From positions 124,001 through 188,000 of the forward strand of contig JAQGDQ010000196.1 in the NCBI GenBank assembly GCA_030141605.1: a stretch of DNA of 64,000 bases, read 5' to 3'. Positions 44,950-64,000 of the stretch are shown here, piece after piece; positions within the stretch are counted from its first letter, which is position 1, and each line of letters begins with the position of its first letter. A model generated the notes under the pieces. It worked only from the letters and a program-made list of their open reading frames with translations. It did not search any database and was not told where the DNA came from. The DNA is from Tubiluchus corallicola. Lineage: Eukaryota; Animalia; Priapulida. Made by a program: the position numbers and the translations under genes.

Positions 44950-47290
44950 GCTAAACTATGCTGCTCCCAAAAAGCCAGTGAGGATCAATGAATTTTTCAG
45001 GATGATTCTGCCAATACTTATCTAAGCGAGCTTTGAATTTGGTTATACTGGTTGGCTCGTGGTTCCAGGAGCATATGGTTTCAGGAACATTTTTTTCTTT
45101 TGTTCCAACTTCTGCGGAGTCTCATTTTATGCAGTTTCAATGAATGTCTTCAATGGTCTTTTTGTGTCATGTATTTTTATATGCATGTCTAAAAGTGGTC
45201 TGTCTATCCCAGTTAGTGTTCTGTATATTTGTATCATGTTGTCTATTTCTAATGGCCTTCCATCCATCCATCTGGTGCCTCAATCCCTTTTATAACGGGA
45301 GAGTAACAACATATATTGTACTTTTAGGCTGCTTTCTACTCAAAAACGCTAAGGCACACACACATGCTTGCACAAATGCTACAACACAGCAAAACAAAAT
45401 TTGGGTTTATAAATGCTATATCACTGTTATGCAGAGCTAAATATATATTCTCTTTATCCTTTCAGCTTTAAAGTTAAATATTTACGATGCTTCTTCTTTT
45501 GACATTATGTCCTTCAATAGGCAGACTGCATGATTTTTTTCCCTCTCCAAATAACAGCTATCTCAAGCATTCTTCATCAGTTACTCCTTGCCATGGGACT
45601 TTGTTTCTTACCTGTGTGTAAAATTCACAACTTAATATTATGTGCTCTGCAGTTTCAACATCTTTACCATATTTACAGAGTCTTTTTTCTATGCAGTAAT
45701 CTACTTTCTAAGCATACAGGGGATTTCCCAACACTTCAAATGCATCGACTTTGGCTTTGACAAGCAATTCTGCTCACCATGTATCATTCGTCAAGGGTTC
45801 AAATAATGTACAACTTTTGCAACCTCTATATTTTTCTACTGTTGAACATTTACTTTGTTTTTTGTTCCACATTTTTAATCCCGTTTTAGCTATAACTTTC
45901 TCTATATGCACATCCCATGCTTTTTCACCCAATTGTTTATCACAAATTTTATTCAGACCTACCTCATTTAATTACCCCACTGCCATAATATTGCCAAACA
46001 CCGAGAGCTCAAATCTATTTCCCAAATGCCTGATTCTTTGCAGCCATTTTGGTCAAAGTCTGTGTGTCACTACCCTTATTACCATTTTTTCAGTAACCGA
46101 ACTTCACTTATAATTATAATTCTTTTAAAAAATTTTAGGTGAGTCTTTGTTTCTCGTTTTTCAAAAGATGAAAACCCAGCTTCACTTCTGATAGCAGCGC
46201 CACTGCATCCTTTTGCTTTCTAGAGCCATCTTACAAATTCTTCTTGTATGCTATTACATCAATCGATTTCTTTTTGGCTGTACGTTCTGTCTACACAACC
46301 AAACATTATTTTTGGGCCTACATTTGCTTTCCAGCCTGTTCTCCCTATTTCTAATCTTGCTTCTGATTGCATTGCCACAAATTTTACAGCACCTATGGTT
46401 CTTCTAATATCTGGTATTCTTTCTTTCCAGCTATGTTCATCTTCTATGGTTCTTATAATTACCCCGAGGTATTTTTCTCTTTCTGTTGCATGTATACTGT
46501 ATAGGTACATCTCCTATGATCTTAAAAACTTTATTAGCATTACCTCCACAAAGGAGAATTGATGCACTTGGTCACACTGAATTTCATGCCAAATTCTTTT
46601 ACAAGATCATTAGCAATCTTCAACAACACCAACATATCACCTTCAAATTCTGTAATTAGCGTTGTGTCGTTAGCAATTTAAGCATGGGATCACCCTGTTT
46701 TACACCTGACTATACTTTAGATTATCCGTTCTGATGTTTCTCCAAACAAATTTGACATTAAAACCATGGTATCATGATTTCCAAAATTCGAAAAAGGATT
46801 GCTCTGTACTTAAATGTGTCAATACTTGCCACAGCTTTTTTCTACATCTAACATCACCACCCACTTTAAAGACCAGCCCTAACTTCTTGATTGTGGATAT
46901 TCTTTTTCTCATATGCTTGGAAGTAATGTAGTAGGTTTCCTTTGAGTTCTCTCTGCAAGCCTTGTCTGATCATACCTTGTCAGATGCTGTTATTACACCT
47001 GCATAGTTAGCAATGGGTCTTACCATAGATTTGTACAACTTCATCATTGTTACATGGGTGCTACCAAATACCTTCCCCTTTATGAGCATTAACTTTTGAT
47101 GTGCTTTATTTGTGATATACATGATTTGTTACTTAATATCAAGGTTACTATCAGTGATAATATTAAGATCCCTTTTGGTGTGTACTTATTATTATTGCTT
47201 CTTATTGCAGCTCATTGTGCACTTCGTGTCAATATTTGATCAGCTCACAGTTAAAACCGTACATTTATCATAGTTAAGAGCATTAACGGG
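44950..47290 (-). mobile_element. Degenerate CR1 fragment split by a nested LINE (45258-~46800) with (GGAT)n tail
   Basis: CR1-like pieces at 46870-47290 (aagggatcttaat, LYKSMVRP) and 44950-45257 (DNMIQIY, FKARLDKYW) flank an inserted element with EKYLGV and a catccatcca tail. Confidence 0.65.
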
Positions 47291-47552
47291 TTATCATGGT
47301 TTCAGCTATTCATTTCTTAATTTTATTTTTATTGTAGGTTTGTGGTGTGTCTTGGTATTATGTGATGGATCTTTTGCAGAGGCAACAAAACAACATTAGC
47401 CAATTTCGTGTTTTCTACTTGGCTCAGTTGGCTGTGACTGTGTTAAAAATTTGAATCTAAACTTGGCAGTTTCTAAGTTTTATACTCCAGTTAAGTGAGT
47501 GTGGTATTAAATTTAGTGATTTTTTATTGGACTGGACAGATTCTGTTCTTAC

Positions 47553-50500
47553 ATGGCAAAATTACTAATGGTGCGAAGGTTGGGTGCGCCAACCGCCATT
47601 CCATCTGTGGTGCAAGAGATACGAGTGACTTGTCTAGGAACTAGCAGACCGCTGCAACAACATTCGCCAAGTAACAAGGACATTGACAGATTGGCAATAA
47701 ATAGTCCTTTAAGTTCTTGTTACAGTATTAGAAATTATTATTGCTTGTCAGCACAGCAGTATGTTTTTAAAAATGCAACTCATTGTCGTTTTTATGGATT
47801 GAAGTTTGAAAGCCGCTTAATGAGCTCAGCTGCCAGATTCGGATTATTAGTCTCACGGTTGCTAAGGCTGAGGTACCTATTACTTGGTTCAGCAATTGGA
47901 GGTGGAGTGGCATTAGGAAATACATACGAGGCTTGGAAAGAAAGACTTCCTGACATGAGCTGGATGAAAGAACATTTGCCTAACAGCAATGATTACAATA
48001 AGTTTGTCAACTGGATGAAAGAGCTAATGCCTAGTAAAGAATATTACGAAAAGCTTAGTGACTGGTTCACGCAGAAGAAAGGTAGTATTCAAATACCAGA
48101 TGGAAGTGAATATATACGTGTAGGAAGAGAGAAACTGTCAGAATGGAGAGATAACTCTGCCGAGTGGATAAGTTCTGCAGGTCATATCGTTAGTAATGTG
48201 GTACAAGGAGGTGATGCTGGTGCTTTTCCCGAAGAGTCCACAGTAACCACAAAGGCAGCACCATCTGTAATGTCTTTCAATCCGTTTCAGTCAAAGACGA
48301 AAGATGCCGATGATGACTATCATGTGCTAACAGACAAGGAGAAGTTAGAAGAACTGCAAAATGAACTTATGCAAGTCCAACTTAAATATCAACGAGAAAT
48401 TGAACGTTTAGAGAAAGAAAATAGAGAATTAAAGAAGCAGTTACTGATCAGAGCTGAGAAGCATTCTAGGGTGAAAAGAAAGTTTAAGAAGTCTCTGATT
48501 GACATGTACTCCGAAGTTCTAGATGAACTTTCCATATATGACTGCAGCTACAATACACAGGATCATTTGCCAAGAGTTGTTGTTGTTGGTGATCAAAGTT
48601 CCGGAAAAACTAGTGTCCTGGAAATGATTGCCAGAGCACGTATTTTCCCACGAGGTTCTGGCGAGATGATGACACGAGCGCCTGTAAAGGTAACTTTGAG
48701 CGAAGGTCCATATCATATTGCTACATTTAAGGATAGCACTCGTGAATTTGATCTGTCAAAAGAATCAGATTTGGTTGAATTGCGAAAAGAAGTAGAATTA
48801 CGTATGAGGAACAGTGTCCGGCAAGGGAAAACTGTGAGTAGCGAAACCATTTCCATGACTGTGAAAGGCCCTGGTCTGCAGAGGGTAGTTCTAGTTGATT
48901 TACCAGGCATTATTAGCACGCAGACAACAGAAATGGCTGATGATACTAGAGATTCTATCCATGGCATTTGCAGGACTTATATGGAGAATCCAAATGCTAT
49001 AATTCTTTGCATTCAGGATGGTTCAATAGATGCAGAACGAAGCAACGTTACGGATCTTGTGCGAGAAATGGATCCAAATGGAAAACGAACTATTTTTGTT
49101 CTAACTAAAGTTGATTTAGCTGAAGAGAACATGTTCAACCCAGACCGACTAAAGAAGATTCTAGAAGGAAAACTGTTTCCCATGAAAGCTTTAGGATATT
49201 TTGCTGTCGTGACCGGTCGTGGCAATGTGAATGATAGTATTGCAACAATACGTGATTATGAGGAAAATTTTTTCCGAAATTCCAAACTTTTTAAAGATAT
49301 GAACTTTAAGGCTACACAGCTGACAACCCAAAATATGAGTATGGCAGTATCTGCGTGCTTTTGGAAAATGGTAAAAGAGTCAGTCGAACAGCAAGCTGAT
49401 GCTTTCAAGGCAACACGTTTCAATTTGGAAACAGAATGGAAAAACAATTTTCCGCGAGTGCGAGAACTTGATCGTGATGAGCTGTTTGAGAAGGCAAGGG
49501 GAGAGGTTCTAGACGAGATTATAAATCTAAGCCTAGTTACACCCAGAGAATGGGAAGAAGCTTTTTACAATCATCTCTGGCAGTCTGTCAATACCTACAT
49601 GTTTGAAAACATTTACATACCCGCTGCACAAGCTGATAGTCCGGGAACTTTTAACACAATGGTTGATATCCGATTGAAACAGTGGGCAGATCAGGTTTTG
49701 CCAAAACGATGCGTAGAAGTGGGGTGGGATACGCTAATGATGCAGTTTCGGGATCTCATTGATAAAGATTGTGAAAGTAAGGATCATGATGCTTTGTTTG
49801 ATAAGTTAAAATTAGCCGTCATCGATGAAGCAGCCAGTCAACATCGTTGGGACAGGAAGGCTCCAGATTCTCTGCGTGTGATTCAACTGAATGCTTTAGA
49901 GGATCGGTCAGTGCCTGATAAGCAAACATGGGATCAGGCCATTACGTTCATGGAAAAATTTTTAAGGTTAGTATTTACTTTTTTTAATTGCATAACCAAA
50001 CAGTAAACAAAGTAAAGGTCTTTTTTGTTCTAAATGTGTGTTGAATGCCTTTACTATAGTTTTCAGGTGGCATTATAAATATTGAATTAAGATACATTAT
50101 AGAAAATTTCCATTGATTTGACATTGAAAATTGTCACCGAAAGGGGAAATGTGATAGACTAATGTTTATTCATTAAAGAGAGAAACTTGACCAGACTGAG
50201 TTGTTGACGAAGCAGTTAATGGGACCAAGTTTAAGAGAGCAGTGGATGTTCTGGAAATCCATATCAGATGAACAGAGAAAATGGCGTGCCACCATGTTTG
50301 AACTGAGCAAGATCATACAGGGTGAAGAAAAAGCGAGACCCATTCTAACACTAGAAGAACTGACAGCAACAAGAAAAAATCTGCAAGTGAGTTGGATCAT
50401 AATTAGCACTGAATTAACTTTCAAACCTAGTTGAATTAAATAATGACTTGTATCTGAGAAAGATCAGCGGAGAAATTAAAAATAATGAGATAATTCAGAA

Positions 50501-52239
50501 TTTGAAATACACATTGAATGAACACGTAATTTACTAGTTACATAACATATTACAGTTTGCTGTAGGCTATAATAGTTTGGTGGTAGAGAATGAGTGTGAT
50601 CACTACTAAGTCTTGGGTTCAAATTTTCATTGAGTCAGTTTTTTATCATTTTCTGTTTGTCTTTAACAAATCAGAGCCTGGGTTTACTGATTAGCAGGTT
50701 TGGTAATTAGATACCTGGCACTGATTAGAGTTGCTAGGTTTTGTTAATCGTAACATCTTTTGCTACTTGCTTGTAAAATAGCCTAGGAGTTTTTCATGAT
50801 GTTGTTATCGTAGGCTTACTCGTTATTTGACTGATTGGTAGAAACCAAAAGATGAATGTACAATGCACATTTGCAGTGAATTGTTCTTTTAAAATCACTT
50901 TTGTATGTAGAAGAGACATTTCCTGCAGAATTTTTAGCTTTAGGTCCAGTTTTCTCTGTTTCGCTCTGTGATTTTAATATACTTAGTTTTGTCTTTGAAA
51001 AGCCTTGAACATTTTTTAAGGAAAAGTACCTGGCCTTGTACTCAGAGGTAATCTGAAGATTAACAGCGAGAGTGCATTGACATTGCATTTTATGTTCCTT
51101 TTAGGTTTCGGGTGTCGATGTGGACTTTGAGTTCATCCGTGACACATGGTTCCAAGTTTATCGCCTTCATTTCCTCAATACAGCCATTCAGAAAGCTGGA
51201 GATTGCAGAAAGGGATTTTTTCACTATCAACAGGGTTACACGGAGCAAGGACTCGAATGTCACGATATTGTTCTGTTTTGGAGAATACAGAGAATGTTAC
51301 AGATTACTAGTAATGCATTACGTCAACAGGTAGGAGCAGCATTTTCATTCTGTTGCATGATTACCTTTTCCACAATCAATTTTTTGTCGAATAAACAACA
51401 TATTTCGGAAATTCAAAGTCAACTTTTTTTCTAATTGAACAGACCTACTTGCTGTAGATGAATATCTCATTATCGAAGAAAATTCTGTAAGGTGAGACAG
51501 TGAACTAGGAGGGCAGAGCTAACAGTCAGATGTGTAATGTGTACATCCTTCCTCAATGAGGTGAATGCTAAGGACAGTTTTCTAGATGGTCACACATCCG
51601 CTGAGTGACTAACGTCACCATTGTTTAATTTCACTCGCTAACCTCAATATGTGACAACTTGGCTATTCTCGTTATGCTAACTAAAACTGCCTTGTACTGT
51701 CTTGGCAACGCATTACACAGTTATTTTGCTGTGCTAATGATTTCATTCTAAGCAAGCATTAAACAATAAATTACTATAGCAAGAGACAGACTTTTTTAAT
51801 AAAATAGTGTCAGTTTTTCAGCTCCACAGGTTCATACTAAACCAAAAGCAACATCAAAATAGGTTTGAAAAACTCTTCACTTCCTTTTAAAAAGAAACAT
51901 ATTTTAATAAGCTTGCAGAGGAAGCTAAACAATACAGCTGCAGAAAAAATACCACAAGTTTGAATTAGCAAGTCCTGTCACACATCTCACGCGGAGTGCA
52001 CACATCACACATTGTGTTTTTATTTGAATACTTTTCAAATCTTGTAGGTGATGAGTACTGAGGCAAGACGTTTAGAGAAGGAAATAAAACAAGTGCTAGA
52101 GGATGTCAGTCAAGATAAAGAGCGAAAAGAACAACTTCTCACTGGTAGAAGAGTTACTCTTGCTGAAGATCTGAAAAAAGTGCGGCAAATTCAAGAAAAA
52201 TTAGAGGAATTCATTGAACAATTAAACAAGGAAAAATAA
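47553..52239 (+). CDS. OPA1: Mitochondrial dynamin-like GTPase OPA1 (1012 aa, 4 coding exons)
   Basis: Exons 47553-49966, 50179-50386, 51105-51329, 52048-52239 (3039 nt). Basic presequence, [15 protein letters not shown] transmembrane segment, coiled coil, [29 protein letters not shown]-terminal [19 protein letters not shown]. 5' UTR splice acceptor at 47337. Confidence 0.97.
50563..50645 (+). mobile_element. Degenerate tRNA-derived SINE-like head
   Basis: A-box-like tagtttggtggtaga, B-box-like gggttcaaatt, then a T-run; no cloverleaf. Confidence 0.3.
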
Positions 52240-53401
52240 CATATAGTGTAATTAACTGTCTCAACACGCATACACGTGATCAAAGCTCAAGTATAGACAT
52301 GTGGAAAGATAATTCAGTGTTTAGCAACATATTGTCTTTTCCAAGAATTATTCGAATGTTGAAGAACTCATTTATGCACGTTTTCAGTTCTTGACTTAGC
52401 ATAGCTTTGCCTTAAGCTAAATTTGCTATCTAGCTGAGTGAAATTACTGTGATTTGTCACTTTAGCAATGAATTTAAAATATTCTGTTGTGCATACATGT
52501 AACAGCCTAAGCTGAAACTTATTTCTGTCAAAAGGTAAGAACTAGTCTAGATTCATTTGAATTTATACAGATTTTAACAATTTTTTAAAAGGTATTTATC
52601 ATTATAGACAATGTTGATATGCAACATTAAATACATTAGGTTATTACATAATTCAGTGTTGTTTATTTGACAGTTGTGATTGAATAGCTACTAAACGTGG
52701 TCTATTAAATTTTGAGTGTATTTTGATGAATCCCATTCGTTGAAACAAATGAACACAGATGTTTATAGAAAATAGTGATATAATCATACAAACACTACCT
52801 AAAATTTTAACAACTGAAGATTCTAATTTTATTTTAGTCACCAATATTGACATGAAATATTACTTAGGTTTAGAAATTACACCACAATTGTTAAACATAT
52901 ACAGAGTAAGAAGTTTGCATAAACCATATAGAAGCCATTTCAGTGTGAAATTAAAGTACGAACAAGTGCACCATTCGCACAAAAATGCTATACCGCATTT
53001 GCAGAAAAGTCCATACTTGAGCAAAAATCTGGCTTGTCAAAACTCTTGATGCCGTCGTTCAATACAACAAAAATTACGATCTCATAGTCGTGTCCGACAT
53101 ATCAATGGGAACTCAACCAATGACTATCTTTTATTATCAGTCATGTCTTAAAGGGCATAAAACCAGTAGTACGCCTTACATTTCATGTAACAGAATCTGT
53201 ATTTTAAACAATATTCCTGAAGATACCATATTCTTGTATACTTATATATATATATACTGAAGTCAGCTGTTGCTTCTACAGATTGCTCATGTTTCATCAA
53301 GAAGTTCATCAATGCATGGCATTACCAACTGGTATTTTTATATCTGTATCCTTGCAAGAGAAAAATAGTTTCATAAGTCTCTACTTTAGGGTGAACACAG
53401 C

Positions 53402-53407
53402 TTTATT
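53402..53407 (-). promoter_or_regulatory. Probable PSMC5 polyadenylation signal AATAAA
   Basis: tttatt on plus, ~50 nt downstream of the stop codon. Confidence 0.5.
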
Positions 53408-53455
53408 TATACAACACGCGAATATTTACACAAAGCAAAAATGCAAGTCAAGTCC

Positions 53456-61999
<8,544 letters not shown>

Positions 62000-62068
62000 C
62001 TAGAAAAATCAGTTAGAAAATTAACCAGTTACAGTTACTTACATTAGTACATCAATCATAATTAAGGA

Positions 62069-62359
62069 TACAGTAATTCCTCGCTTAACGGTGATAAGGC
62101 GTGCTAAACGTGACGTTAAGCGAAAAATCATTAAACGAAACCTAACATCTACAGAAAATAATGTAGAAGAACTGAGATACGTTCCAGAGGCAAAAGTCAA
62201 TGCTGGTTAATCATATAATTTCAACATTTTATGAGTTTCATTCATACTTCTACAGGTTGATTTTCTGTTTGCTTGAACTATCTTTCTTACCAATACCTAG
62301 CCGCTAGACTGCTAGCAAATTCACTTTGGTCAATGTTGAAGCCCTATATATACTTATAC

Positions 62360-62395
<36 letters not shown>

Positions 62396-62850
62396 TTTAA
62401 TGACACTGAACGCTTGACAGCTTTTCTCACTTAATATATATATATATACAGTTAGTGGTTAAGTTAAACACTGCTCAGTGAAAGTCAAGCCCTGAAGCAA
62501 TCTTGAAGTAGTAATAGCCTGGTGGCTGTAGCAACAGGTTGCAGATAAATTTCCTTGGCACAAAGTTTGAATTCAGGTGTCGTGCAAATAGCAAAGAGAT
62601 TTCACTTGATACAAATGACTAGCATTTAGTACGTAGTCAGTCAGGAAGCAAAAACATCCCACCATTTTACTGTTTTGTATTAATAGTTCGTTTTTAGAAC
62701 AGACAAATGCAATAACAATTTAGATGCTTCAAATTAGATAAAAAAGCTGTTGTTAAAATAAAAAATGACTTTGAGTAAAGTAGAAAAAAATCATTGTTAA
62801 AATGAAATGTGCGTCATTAAGTGAGAAAAGCACACAATCCACATTACATA
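62069..62850. mobile_element. Tigger/pogo-like MITE remnant containing a (TA)n(TG)n microsatellite
   Basis: tacagtaattcctcgcttaacg...cgttaagcgaaa terminus; right end decayed. Confidence 0.4.
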
Positions 62851-63049
62851 CAAGTACAATGCATATAGCAAATTCCTGTATAAGAATATAAACCTGGCAT
62901 GTAAATAGGAAATACTGAGGAAGCACTATTTACTTGTATAAAGTTCTCCTAATATTACAGCTTACAGTGTTGGATAGAGGTTAAGCATAAATGACTGCTT
63001 TTCACGCATCCAATCGTCTCTGGATACTTCATTTATGTTGAATACTCTA

Positions 63050-63960
63050 GTAGGTGGTGGTGCTAATGATGTGATCAAGAAGATAATATCAGTGTGTTCT
63101 ATGTACAATGGGTAGTGTCAGGTTCCCTCAAAAATCCAAGTGCCTTGTTGTCATTGCGGAAGTCCAGAATTAATATATTTCTCCGGATGATTGGCCCAGA
63201 GTTGATCTAATTGAGCTTTAAATTGAGAAACTGAAGAAGCACTCACTACATACTCAGAAAGCTTGTTCAGGCACTTGCAATACGAGCTGCAAAGAAATTT
63301 TGTTTTCTTCCCCATTTTGAGCCAAATTTCTTATTGATTTTAAGGGAATGTCTTCTTGTCCTGTGATGTATCTGAAGTTCAAATATATTATTATTGTGTA
63401 TCCGGTCAGTACCCTTAATGATTCCAAATGTCTGGATCATATCTTGTTTGTGTCTTCTGTGATTAAGTGTTGTACGTCCTAAGTGTCTTGACCTATCAGG
63501 ATACGTTCTTTCAGCTATACCTGGTATGGTCCTAGCTGCTCGACGCTGAATGCTTTCAAGGTCACAAATCATGCCATGTCTAGATGGGTTCCAAATCAAG
63601 TCAGCATAGCCTAAGACAGGTCTTACCATAAATTTGTAAAGGTTCATTAACATATCAGTGTCCAAGTATCTGAAGTTACGCTTTATTAATCTGCCGTGAA
63701 TATGATTTGTAGACTGAAGCTTGTTATTCACAGTAATGCCAAGATCTTTTTACTCAGATAGGTATTCGATAGGTCTGAGACTACTATTATGTGTCATGAC
63801 ATATAGTGATTTACTTGATATTTGGTTACCTATTTTCCTGACTTTATCATGGTTAAAATTCATCTGCCAAGTATTGCACCACTTATGTGCAAGCTCTACA
63901 TTAATTTGCATATGATGTTGATCCTCAGTGGTGGTTACCATATTATATATTTTGGTGTCA
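63050..63960 (-). mobile_element. Degenerate CR1-type LINE 3' fragment
   Basis: WCNTWQMNFNHDK, LIKRNFRYLD, LYKFMVRPVLGY, LESIQRRA, DMIQTF. Confidence 0.85.
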
Positions 63961-64000
63961 TACATCATGTATATATATATACACGGATGTATATATATAT

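Noticed and set aside
45530-46562. Cluster of hydrophobic plus-strand ORFs
   Set aside because: Antisense to a decayed A-rich LINE; hydrophobicity follows from T-richness and the frames are short and broken, unlike the 9140-10039 leader.
47792-49447. Several 63-84 aa antisense ORFs within OPA1 exon 1
   Set aside because: Shadow ORFs of a long coding exon with no recognisable motifs.
50563-50645. tRNA gene
   Set aside because: A/B-box-like motifs but no acceptor stem or cloverleaf; at most a SINE remnant (similar weak cases near 34940-35010 and 62510-62580).

Overview
AT-rich eukaryotic (invertebrate metazoan) genomic DNA with GT-AG introns; no prokaryotic features. I reconstructed five genes by reading splice sites by hand: (1) an internal 9-exon piece of a VWDE-like secreted Cys-rich protein gene (minus, 129-7283), whose 5' half is not found in the window; (2) PEX13 (plus, 9 exons); (3) N-myristoyltransferase NMT (minus, 12 exons); (4) OPA1 (plus, only 4 coding exons); (5) PSMC5/Rpt6 (minus, 11 exons, first exon probably beyond the window). 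Introns and intergenic DNA are crowded with LINEs, MITEs and LTR remnants. The most notable object is a near-intact ~6 kb CR1/L2-group LINE. Its ORF1 carries a zinc finger, coiled coil and SGNH esterase. Its ORF2 begins with an open 300-codon hydrophobic, membrane-protein-like leader joined to the APE-RT through a 2A-like (GIETNPG|P) motif. Also notable: a TSD-flanked fold-back with two Penelope-type hammerhead ribozyme cores in a PEX13 intron, an LTR-end/PBS/gag fragment enclosed by inverted repeats, tandem 111-nt symmetric exons, and an intron-poor OPA1. All coordinates and family calls were made by eye, without database searches.
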